DNA of 64,000 nucleotides from a virus (Duplodnaviria; Caudoviricetes), in IMG/VR virus record IMGVR_UViG_3300033463_000085, positions 12,903 through 76,902 of that record; one strand, written 5' to 3'. The translations under genes and the position numbers were made by a program. Of the stretch, positions 17,247 to 25,882 are shown piece after piece. How positions within the stretch are numbered: the stretch's first letter is position 1; the number at the start of each line of letters is the position of its first letter. The notes beneath the pieces are model-generated. The model had not been told where the DNA came from, made no database searches, and worked only from the letters and a program-made list of their open reading frames with translations.

Positions 17247-18989
17247 CTACAGCGCGGACATCCAAGCGATTGCGTTCTTGAGTCCGGCCACGGCCTTTTC
17301 AAATTCAGCGAGAAAAGGTTTCGCCTTGGCAATGACTTCCTTTGGAGTTTCCCCCTCAATTCTTGGTCCAAAACTGACATTAAGACCGGAATACAGACCG
17401 TCTCCGAATGTATAGGCGGTCACATTGCCGAACTGCTTTTTGGTCATCGCGTTCGTGACGACTGCGTTCGCAACCTTGAATTCGCCGCGCTGCGTGTGGG
17501 CGCGTGGCGTCATCGTGAAGCCCGTCTTGCCTCTGCCGTAATCCACGAAGGCGAAAATGTAGTCCGGCTCGAACTTTGCCTTGAGCTGGTCGAGCGCGGG
17601 ACGCGCCTTGCGGTCGGCGAGGATTGTGATTTTGCCGTTGCCACGCTCGATGAGGCTGGTCACGCCATCCGTGTAGCCCTCAAGCGAGCCTTGAGGGAAC
17701 TTCGTCTGGATGTTGGACTTGATGTAGCGAATCAACGGCTCGTTGGCGTTCTTGGCGACCGTGGCGTTCAGGGCCTTTTGGACGATTGGGTTTGTGCTTT
17801 TCATTTCGTAGTTCCTTGTTGAGTTTTTCGCTTTGGACGTGTCGTTTGCGGTGGAGGCGTTGGCATTTGCGGCCCGAAGGTGTCGTATGTCCATAACCCA
17901 TGTACCGCCCTTGTCGAATCTTACTCTCGCCCGCTGGGGTTCTTTTGGATCATCCTCGAGCCATTCAATCGTCCCCGTCCCCATCGAGCCAAACTTTGAG
18001 GGTATTTCAACAACCCTCTGCCCCTCTTTGAACTTGGCGTTGGCGACAGCCTTGCGGATGCCCTTGGCCCACGATTCAGATACATTCGGGTCGATTCCGG
18101 CGCGTTCAAGAGTGCGGCGTGCGACGACCTTGCACGATATGCCTTCCTCGTCCTTGATTTCCTTGAACACCTCCTGCGCGTCCTCGCGGTATTCATTTCC
18201 GGCGAGGATGCAAGCGCCGGACATCGAGGGCGTGACAACGAACCATTGATACTTGTTCTTGTAGTTGAAATTCGCGGCCACGGCGTTAGGCATTACCACG
18301 CGAAGAACCGCGCCCAACTGCTCTAGCTTCGCGCCGAGGCGCTTGGCAACAGTCGCCACATCGTGCTTTGCCTTTTCGTGGGCTGCGTCCGCATCCATGT
18401 CTGATAGGTTGCGCTTGCACACCTTCCAGGCGGCAGCTTTCTTCTTGAGGGCTTCGACGAGGGCCGGGTCGGGCTTCTCGGCCGTGACGATTACATGGAA
18501 GTCGTCAATCCACTTGTCGTTTGCCGTGGCAGCGCTCCGGGCAAGCGGGTCCGCCACCTTAGCCTGCGCATTGCCAATGAGGTCTACGATGCACCCCGAG
18601 CCGAAGCGGCGATGGGCCTCCTTCTCGGCGGCCTTGTAGTTTGGGGCTTCAATCACTACGGAGCGGCCCGATTTTGTCGTCACGGCGAACTTGGCGTTCA
18701 CATAGGGGTTGCCCTTGACGGTGAACAGAACGCCGTCGGCTCGCACATCTGCGACTTCTAGCTTGTCGCGGGGGAATCCCGGCTCTGCCATTATGGCGTC
18801 TGGCAAGCGGCCCTTGACGCCTTTCTTGTCGCGGAACTCGACCCACACGAACCACGCGTCCACCTTGGCGGACAGCTTGGGGCACTTGCGGTTGATTTCC
18901 CCGACGAGGACAGACGGCCTCCTGTTGGGGTCGTAGGTTTTCGTCGTGGCGTTCAGCGCCTTCTGCACTATCGGATTTTTGCTTGTCAT
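17247..18989 (-). CDS. Modular head-associated protein, candidate polyprotein
   Basis: 580 aa between portal and protease; duplicated leader NPIVQKALNAT; recurrent x-N-A motifs between small modules. Confidence 0.75.
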   Translation of the reverse strand: MTSKNPIVQKALNATTKTYDPNRRPSVLVGEINRKCPKLSAKVDAWFVWVEFRDKKGVKGRLPDAIMAEPGFPRDKLEVADVRADGVLFTVKGNPYVNAKFAVTTKSGRSVVIEAPNYKAAEKEAHRRFGSGCIVDLIGNAQAKVADPLARSAATANDKWIDDFHVIVTAEKPDPALVEALKKKAAAWKVCKRNLSDMDADAAHEKAKHDVATVAKRLGAKLEQLGAVLRVVMPNAVAANFNYKNKYQWFVVTPSMSGACILAGNEYREDAQEVFKEIKDEEGISCKVVARRTLERAGIDPNVSESWAKGIRKAVANAKFKEGQRVVEIPSKFGSMGTGTIEWLEDDPKEPQRARVRFDKGGTWVMDIRHLRAANANASTANDTSKAKNSTRNYEMKSTNPIVQKALNATVAKNANEPLIRYIKSNIQTKFPQGSLEGYTDGVTSLIERGNGKITILADRKARPALDQLKAKFEPDYIFAFVDYGRGKTGFTMTPRAHTQRGEFKVANAVVTNAMTKKQFGNVTAYTFGDGLYSGLNVSFGPRIEGETPKEVIAKAKPFLAEFEKAVAGLKNAIAWMSAL

Positions 18990-19024
18990 AAGTGCTTGCC
19001 TTTCATTTTCTTTAAGTTAGCCCC

Positions 19025-19053
19025 TTGCGGGTGCGGGTTTGATTTGCTAAACT
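19025..19053 (+). promoter_or_regulatory. Promoter antisense to the 3' end of the portal gene
   Basis: CCCC-TTGCGG, 17 nt, TAAACT; spacer closely matches P1 (GTG...GATTTGC). Confidence 0.65.
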
Positions 19054-19127
19054 ATGCACCGACCGAGGAAGAGTCGATGCACCGTCTAGGGCGTAAGCTG
19101 GGGCTCCGCAAGGGGATTGATAGCACA

Positions 19128-21449
19128 TCACTCGCTCCTCGGTTGGCCTTTTATGATGTAGGCGGACACGATTTTCAGCGTCTTGCTTTTCGTGTCGGGA
19201 ACCGCCTCCTGGACGGAAAGGTGTCCGTTGATGCGCTTGCGGATTTCAATTACGGGCGACGGCTTGTTGTCGCCGCCCTTGTATTCCTTCGAGAACACCT
19301 GCTTGCCGTTCGCGTCCTTTAGGATGTTCACGCTGTCGAAGTGGTGCATGACATATCCGAGCCGCCCGAGGTGGCTTGCGTCCGCCATCGTCGTGTCGGC
19401 CTCGCCGTTTTCGCCGTGCCGCTTGTCGATGTGGCGGACATGGTTGCCCTGAAGCTCAATCTTCCATCCGGCGACATCTACTCCGAGCTTGTCCTTGACC
19501 TCCTTGGCGAGCGCTTGCGGGGCCTTGCATATCTCGATGCTGGACTTGTTGCGCGTTTCGTCGTCGGCCTTCTGCATCCTCTCCACGAAATCCACGACAT
19601 TCTTGTTCGTCGAAGCCTTGTATTCCGCGATGCTGTGCTGCTCCTCCGGCGAGTGCCCGTCCTTGTCGGCGGTCTTGCTGACCCCGTGGGTTTCGCAATG
19701 CGTGCATCCGCCGTCTTTGCGCGTCTCGTAGCCGCACACCTTGCAGGGCGGATTGTGGCCGTTCGCCACGACGGCATTGGGAGCGGGCGCTGCGCCCGTG
19801 GGCTGCTTTGCAATCTGCTCGCCGAAAGCCTCGTTCATCTGCTCGGCGATGACCTCCGCCATAGCGGGGTCGTCTGGAATGAGGGAATCAAGCTCAAGGC
19901 GGAGCTTAGTTGCGGCCTCGGCCCGCTCCTCCTCCGGCATGGCGAGGATGGCGTTCAGCCTGTCGGCCACGGCCTTGAAGTCGTCCTGCAACGACGCGGC
20001 AAGTTCGCTCGCCGCGCCAGACGCGCCAGAAACGCCCTCTGCGGCGTTTGAGGCCACGGGGGGTATGGTTGCCCCTCCGGCGGCCTCCGGCGCTTTCTGC
20101 GTTGGCGTAGGCGGCGTTTTCGAGGGGTCGGGGACGACGATGCCGCGTCCGGGATTGCCGTTCAGCCCGAAACCGCCCCCGTCCGGCTCCTTTTTCTTGC
20201 GAATCGTGAAGCCGGAGAGCTGCGACAATTCGTTTTCGTCCATCTCGTATCCGGCGTTCGAGAACTTGCCCGCAAGCTCCGCCACCTCGTCGGGCGTGAG
20301 CTTCGCGGATGTGTCGAGCTGGAATTCCGCGAGGACTGGCTTGCCCTTGAAGTCCTTGCAGTCCTTGATGAGCTGTTCGCAAAGCTGCTTGTGGAACACA
20401 TTTGACAGGAGGCGGGTGTCGGCGCGGACAATCTGCTTCCACACCTCCATCTGCGCGTTTCCGGCGAGCGTTCCGCTTCCCGATTCCGCAAGGGATGTGA
20501 GCGTTCCGCCAGTCGAAAGAAGCACAAACAGCTTCATCTGATGCTCGATGAATTCCGTAAACGGATTCGTGCCGCGTGATTCGGAGGCATAATCCACCTC
20601 CGAGCCGAATGGAATAACGCCGGAGCGGCCCTCAAACACATTCTCCGCAGCCTGTAGGTAGTCTTTGACCTCTTTTTCAGATGTCAGCTCCGGCATGGTG
20701 ATTATGACGGGCGGGAGGCCGTATGTTTCAAGGAAACGGCTCCAGTCGCGCTCGCCGACGGACGCGCGGAGGAATATCATGAGGGCGGGCCAGTCAATCT
20801 GCCTCTTGCGTGCGACGACAATCGTATCGTCCGGCGGAAGGACGGTCATCTTCCCGTCCGATGCGGACGGCTCGGCGTAGGAGGATGCGTCAGGGTTCCA
20901 CAGCCATTTGCGCTCGCTCCTGTCGTAGCACAGGTTCCAATGGTCGAGGCATTCGAGATGGTTTGGCATTCCGTCCGTGCCGAAGTAGGTGTTGAGGACG
21001 GAGAATCCACGGAACGCGGAAAGCGCGAGGTGCTCGAACGCCTCGGGGAGGTTGTCGATTTTGGCTACGGCCTCTTCGAGGAATTCTATCTGCTCCTTGA
21101 CGAGCCCCTTGTCGGCGTTCCTGTTCAGCCGTTCGTTGGAGCGGACTATGCGCCAGTCGAGTTCGGCGATTGCGGAGCATCGGCGCGTGACGCAGGTAAG
21201 GAATGTGGCGTCGCAGTTCTCGATTTCGTTGTAGAGGAACTGGAGCTGCGAGAAGTTTCCGCGCCGCGCCCAATCGTAGATTGTCTGCGCCCGCTTGGCG
21301 TCAATCTGCCACAGCGGGTTCATCGCCTCGAGCATGAGCGACTGTTCCGTCTTTTGCAGACGGCCCGCTATCTTTGCGGCGAACGAGCGCAAGAATCCCG
21401 GCGTCTGCGGATTCTGTGGCGCGGACGATGGTTTCTGTTGTTCTGTCAT
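19128..21449 (-). CDS. Portal protein (Mu gp29/DUF935-like) fused to a zinc knuckle and a PBECR3-like nuclease domain
   Basis: N-terminal ~430 aa: WSRFLETYGLPPV, GTLTS...SGTLAGNAQMEV (DUF935). C-terminus: CKVC..CTHC, then HVRHIDKRHGENG...RLGYVMHHFD...KRINGHLSVQEAVPDTKSKTLKIVSAY. Confidence 0.85.
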   Translation of the reverse strand: MTEQQKPSSAPQNPQTPGFLRSFAAKIAGRLQKTEQSLMLEAMNPLWQIDAKRAQTIYDWARRGNFSQLQFLYNEIENCDATFLTCVTRRCSAIAELDWRIVRSNERLNRNADKGLVKEQIEFLEEAVAKIDNLPEAFEHLALSAFRGFSVLNTYFGTDGMPNHLECLDHWNLCYDRSERKWLWNPDASSYAEPSASDGKMTVLPPDDTIVVARKRQIDWPALMIFLRASVGERDWSRFLETYGLPPVIITMPELTSEKEVKDYLQAAENVFEGRSGVIPFGSEVDYASESRGTNPFTEFIEHQMKLFVLLSTGGTLTSLAESGSGTLAGNAQMEVWKQIVRADTRLLSNVFHKQLCEQLIKDCKDFKGKPVLAEFQLDTSAKLTPDEVAELAGKFSNAGYEMDENELSQLSGFTIRKKKEPDGGGFGLNGNPGRGIVVPDPSKTPPTPTQKAPEAAGGATIPPVASNAAEGVSGASGAASELAASLQDDFKAVADRLNAILAMPEEERAEAATKLRLELDSLIPDDPAMAEVIAEQMNEAFGEQIAKQPTGAAPAPNAVVANGHNPPCKVCGYETRKDGGCTHCETHGVSKTADKDGHSPEEQHSIAEYKASTNKNVVDFVERMQKADDETRNKSSIEICKAPQALAKEVKDKLGVDVAGWKIELQGNHVRHIDKRHGENGEADTTMADASHLGRLGYVMHHFDSVNILKDANGKQVFSKEYKGGDNKPSPVIEIRKRINGHLSVQEAVPDTKSKTLKIVSAYIIKGQPRSE

Positions 21450-21498
21450 ATGTTCGGGGCTATGCGCATTGTGTGCTTCCTAATAAATGGCGGCTGCG

Positions 21499-22788
21499 TC
21501 AACCGAACCTCCTCCTAATGCCGACGGGCATCGCGATTATGCGCTTGCGGGCGGACGCCTTGATGTTGTCCTCCTGCGACATGCGGCCCGAGTCTATGCC
21601 GTGGTTGTCCCTGTCGGGAAGCCGCTCCTTCGGGGCTCCGTCCTTGTAGGTGTCGGATTCGTAGTGGGACAGCTCGTTCCAGCAGAAGGGGCAGCGCTCC
21701 GGGTCGCATACGAGCTTGGTGCGCGAGCGCATCCAGTTCACGCCTACCTCCGGCCAGTCGGGGGCCTTGTAGCAGGGCTTGAGGTTCGCGCCGAGGTGGT
21801 TTATGTTCTGATACCATCCGGCGGGGGCCGTGTCGGCGATTATCGGCGTGTCCTTGAGGCCCTTGCGGCAAATCATCTCGTAGACGGAATCGTAGTAGGG
21901 GTGGTGAAGGACGCCCTCGTCGAAATAGTAGAGGATGTCGCGGTCGTGGTCGTAGTATGTCCCCGTGAGGACTGTCGGGTCGTTCACGATGCCGAAGTCG
22001 AGGCCGTATCGCTTGTCTCGCCACGACGCTATCTGCTCGTCGGTAATCCGCTCGGCCTTGAGGTTGGCGAATATCTCGCCGCCCGTTCCGGTGGCCTCGC
22101 CGAGGAACACATGGCGGTAAAGCTCGAAGTTGGTCTTGCGCATGTGCTCGATGCGCGTCAGCACCGACGGCGGAAGCCAGCCCATCTCGATTATGTCGCG
22201 GTAGTCGGTGCGGTAGACCTTGCGTCCCGGAAACGGCTTGCACGCCTCGGAGTTTATCCAGTTGGCCGTGGACTTGGGCGGGTTGTAGGTGATTATCGTC
22301 GTGAAGGGGCGGTCGCTTCGCTGCATCGAGATTATGACATTCTCGATTTCGTCCCAGCTTGAGAATTCGTCCGACTCCTCGAACCACACGAGGCCCGTGT
22401 AGCCGAACGCGGGCTTCTTGGACTTGTGCTTGCGAGGGTCGTCGAGGCCGAGGAATGTTATGGTCTGGCCCGTGTCCTTGCGCACGAGGCGGAGCGGGTC
22501 GCCCCGCGTGTCGAACAGGTAGTCGGCGGCGAGGCGGTCTTCGCCGAGGGCGATTTTCAGCTCGTTCAGAACCGACCCCTTGAGGTCGACATGGTGCTTG
22601 CGGAAAACGACGGCGTGGCAGTCCTCGTTTCCGGCTGACGTAGTGCGGCCGCCCGTATATGTCGCCGCGAAGCTGGACTTCGCGCTGTATCGGCCACCCG
22701 GAAACCAAGCCTCCGTCGTCTTGCCCGTCACCATGTCGTTCCACGGCTCGTAGTAGACGGGTGCGATAAGCTGCTCTAGTGGTTTCAT
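21499..22788 (-). CDS. terL: Terminase large subunit (PBSX-like)
   Basis: Walker A GGRYSAKS, Walker B WFEESDEF, YNPPK, nuclease GLDFG...DP and DNHGIDSGR. Confidence 0.92.
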   Translation of the reverse strand: MKPLEQLIAPVYYEPWNDMVTGKTTEAWFPGGRYSAKSSFAATYTGGRTTSAGNEDCHAVVFRKHHVDLKGSVLNELKIALGEDRLAADYLFDTRGDPLRLVRKDTGQTITFLGLDDPRKHKSKKPAFGYTGLVWFEESDEFSSWDEIENVIISMQRSDRPFTTIITYNPPKSTANWINSEACKPFPGRKVYRTDYRDIIEMGWLPPSVLTRIEHMRKTNFELYRHVFLGEATGTGGEIFANLKAERITDEQIASWRDKRYGLDFGIVNDPTVLTGTYYDHDRDILYYFDEGVLHHPYYDSVYEMICRKGLKDTPIIADTAPAGWYQNINHLGANLKPCYKAPDWPEVGVNWMRSRTKLVCDPERCPFCWNELSHYESDTYKDGAPKERLPDRDNHGIDSGRMSQEDNIKASARKRIIAMPVGIRRRFG

Positions 22789-22886
22789 CTGTTCCGATGA
22801 TGGCCGTAAGCGTCAAAACAACGCGGGTGGCGCGACACCTTTTCACTTGCGCCGAACCACCCGCGCCGCTTGCGCGTTCGAATTTC

Positions 22887-23018
22887 TTACTTCTTGGCCT
22901 TCGCCGCGCCCTTCGTGGCCGCTGGCTTCTTGGCGGCCTTGGCCTTGCCGTTCGTCACGGCCGCCTTGGACGGCTTCTTTACGTTCGTGACGGGCTTCTT
23001 TGCTGCGCACTTCTTCAT
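22887..23018 (-). CDS. Small Lys/Ala-rich basic protein (histone H1-like)
   Basis: MKKCAAKKPVTNVKKPSKAAVTNGKAKAAKKPAATKGAAKAKK; RBS AAGGAG. Confidence 0.65.
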   Translation of the reverse strand: MKKCAAKKPVTNVKKPSKAAVTNGKAKAAKKPAATKGAAKAKK

Positions 23019-23059
23019 GGCTTGTTCTCCTTGTTTCGGGTTTTGTGGTTGTTGTTTCC

Positions 23060-23728
23060 TTAGTTCCAATCTTCCGACTGGAAATCGTATATGGCCCTGT
23101 GAAGGGCCTCAATCTTCTGCTCGCGGGTCGACTTCTTGGCGAAGAAGCGGTCGTATACTTCCCCTGCGGCGAACGCAAGAAGCTGGATTAGGAGCGCAAG
23201 CATGAATCCGATCATGACGCCGGAATGCTTGCGCTCGACCTGTAGCGCGAGGCGGTCGTTCGCATTCACGAGCCTGTCGGCGACGGCCACCGTGCTTGCG
23301 AGCATATCTTCGACAAGCAAGCCCTCGTTCGGGACGACCTGTTTCACGCGGTCGTCGTAGAGCTCAAGCATGAGGCTGTCCTTGGTGTAGACGATTTCCG
23401 GCATGAAGCCTAGGTTGCGCTGGCACCAGGCCTTTATGAAGCCCGTCGCGTATTTGCGCTCGCCGTCCGCCCCGATGATGAACTGCTCGCCAGTCGTTCC
23501 GTCCTCAAGCTGTCGCGGAGCGACGCGGGCCGTGACGATTTTCACGGTCTTGCCCTCGCCGTTCATCTTCTTGATTAGGTCGCACATCGGCTTTATCGGC
23601 TCGCCGATGTGGTTCAAGCCGCGCCAATGGTCGTAGACGGCAAGCGTCCCGTCGAGGTCGAAGCCGTACCATCCCTTGCCCTGTGCGCCGTGTGTGTCGG
23701 GCGCGTTTCCCTGTTCCTTTTCGCTCAT
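23060..23728 (-). CDS. HAD-superfamily phosphatase-like protein with C-terminal membrane helix
   Basis: GFDLDGTLA, IVTAR, LYDDR. Confidence 0.75.
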   Translation of the reverse strand: MSEKEQGNAPDTHGAQGKGWYGFDLDGTLAVYDHWRGLNHIGEPIKPMCDLIKKMNGEGKTVKIVTARVAPRQLEDGTTGEQFIIGADGERKYATGFIKAWCQRNLGFMPEIVYTKDSLMLELYDDRVKQVVPNEGLLVEDMLASTVAVADRLVNANDRLALQVERKHSGVMIGFMLALLIQLLAFAAGEVYDRFFAKKSTREQKIEALHRAIYDFQSEDWN

Positions 23729-23751
23729 TTTGCATTGCCTCCTGTTGTTTT

Positions 23752-24168
23752 TTACGCGGCGGGGATTTCGCCCTCGCCCTCGATGAACACCTCGAGGCCG
23801 TTCCTAAGGGCCTCTAAAAGCTCGCTCTTCGCGCCGACCGACTTCCGCCAGCCTTTCAGAAGATAGATTGCGTCGCAGCTGCGGACGGTCGCAAGTTCGT
23901 AGTCGCGGACGCGGAATGCGAGTGCGCAATCCTTGAAGTTGCGCTTGGCTTCGCCATACCGCTTGTCCGCCATCGGACAAACCTCCTCCCATTCGCGCAA
24001 GGCCGCAAACGACTTGTCGATTTCCGTTTGATTGGCGAACTTTGCGCCAATCACAAACGGATTCTCCACATCGTGGCCCTTTTCCGACAGCGCGACCTGC
24101 GCGTCGAGGAATGCCGTCTCGTTGAATCCGGGCATTCCGTGCATCGGTCCGGCTATGTAGATTCTCAT
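23752..24168 (-). CDS. DUF4406 / nucleoside deoxyribosyltransferase-like protein
   Basis: RIYIAGPMHGMPGFN...CDAIYLLKGWRKSVGAKSE. Confidence 0.85.
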   Translation of the reverse strand: MRIYIAGPMHGMPGFNETAFLDAQVALSEKGHDVENPFVIGAKFANQTEIDKSFAALREWEEVCPMADKRYGEAKRNFKDCALAFRVRDYELATVRSCDAIYLLKGWRKSVGAKSELLEALRNGLEVFIEGEGEIPAA

Positions 24169-24358
24169 TTGAACCATCCCTCCCTGCGTCCCTTTTTCAC
24201 TCCAGCCTCCCATTTTGACTGCATGCGATTACGCAATGCCCTGGCGGATTTCAATAACGGCGCGTAATCGGAATGGAGGCTGCTCGCCCGCTCGATGTGC
24301 TCTATGGCCGTGTTCATGATGTTGCAGGCTTGCGTCAATTCCCTGTGCCCTTGCAAGT

Positions 24359-24940
24359 TCATATTTCGTCCTCCTTTTTCTTCGGCGCTTCGGCATTGCC
24401 AGCGGCGACCTCATCGACATGGGACGCAAGCATATCCGCCGTGTGCGTTGCGATAATCTCACGCGGGTATAGCTTGAGCATCGCGTCGTATTCCTTGAGT
24501 TCCCGTTCGCCAAGGCCGAACGCGCCCATGTGGCCGACGATGGCGGCCTGTTCCGCCGGAAGGAGCGTAAGGCCAATCTCGGCGGCGATGATGAGAGCCG
24601 ATGCAACGCCGTGTCCGGGATATGCAGGCTGCTTGCGGACTATGACGGTTTCATATCCAAAATTGGCGCGGCTGGGCTGTTCCGCGAAGTCGTAGCATTT
24701 GCACTTGACGACATCGTGGAGCATCCCCACTATGAATGGAGATTGGCATCGGGGCCAGTTCACTCCCATTGTCTTTGTGAGGGCGAGAAGCCATGTCGTC
24801 ACATTTACGGAGTGCTGGGCCAGCCCGCCTTTGATGGCGAGGTGGTGGTCTTTCGACGCGGGGGCGTCGAAGAAGCCGAGCGCACGAAGCTCGTCAGCGC
24901 TGACGGGGATGTGCGATAGATATTCGTCCAGTTTTTCCAT
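24359..24940 (-). CDS. HD-domain phosphohydrolase
   Basis: APASKDHHLA..GGLAQHS, LHDVVK, GHG, HTADMLAS. Confidence 0.85.
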   Translation of the reverse strand: MEKLDEYLSHIPVSADELRALGFFDAPASKDHHLAIKGGLAQHSVNVTTWLLALTKTMGVNWPRCQSPFIVGMLHDVVKCKCYDFAEQPSRANFGYETVIVRKQPAYPGHGVASALIIAAEIGLTLLPAEQAAIVGHMGAFGLGERELKEYDAMLKLYPREIIATHTADMLASHVDEVAAGNAEAPKKKEDEI

Positions 24941-25399
24941 TGATTGTTTCCTTATGGGCTGTCGATGTCAGCAATAGTTCTTCGGTTTATGCCCGACAAG
25001 GAATTGCGGCTTGAATCGAGTGCATTTGCCACGGAATTTCTTGTCTACCGTGAAGCAGTTGCGCTTGAATGCGAGGGCGCAATAATCCGTGCAGTTGTCG
25101 CCGGAAACAACAATCGGCTTCTCGTTCAGCCTCGCAATCTCATCCCGCGTAAGTTCGCGGCCGTCCGGCGCATAAACCTTTCCAGTCCTGGAGTCCATTC
25201 CTCGCCCTCCCTTTATCCGCGACGGCGGCGGAAGCCCAGCTTGCGTTCGGCGGCGATGAACTTCGCCGTATGCTGTTCTCCGTTGTGCGGATTGAACTGC
25301 GCTATGTTGTTCTTCCGGCGGGCCATGCCCTGCCGAGTGTTCTTGGGGTATTTCATTTTGCCTGTTTCCTTTTCGTGTTTTGTTTTTCCTTTTGGTTTT

Positions 25400-25735
25400 T
25401 CATTGCTCCGGCCATCCCAGGGCCGAGCCGACAATCCCGACCGGAAGCCCTACCGGAAACGGTATGAACGCCTCCGCTATCGACAGCCGCTCGTATTTGT
25501 CGGTGAAATTGTTGTATGCGATTACGAAGTCGTCGCCGTCCATGATGAGGTCGGTCGGTCGCGTCGTCAGCGTCGGGTGTCTTGAAATCCACTCGTGGAC
25601 GACGCGCTCCATGTTCGCGACGGCCTCGCTTGCGAGGACGACCAGCTTCTTGTGCCATTCCTTGCGCAGGATTTCCGAGATCGACTCTGCCTCGCGCAAG
25701 TAATCCTCGTCTATGACAAGCCTGCGCTTCATCAT
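25400..25735 (-). CDS. Hypothetical protein
   Basis: Start MMKRRLVI; coupled within the operon. Confidence 0.5.
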   Translation of the reverse strand: MMKRRLVIDEDYLREAESISEILRKEWHKKLVVLASEAVANMERVVHEWISRHPTLTTRPTDLIMDGDDFVIAYNNFTDKYERLSIAEAFIPFPVGLPVGIVGSALGWPEQ

Positions 25736-25882
25736 TTCCGGCCTTTCTCGCGGTCGCGGCAGTATTCGCACGGCATGTCGCCGGGCCGTTCGCATCCTAT
25801 GGCGTAGCACCAGTCCATTGTCACGCCGTCGCGCGTCTCTCGGCGGCGGCGCTCGCACGGCTCGTGCTTGGCCTCGTTGCCG

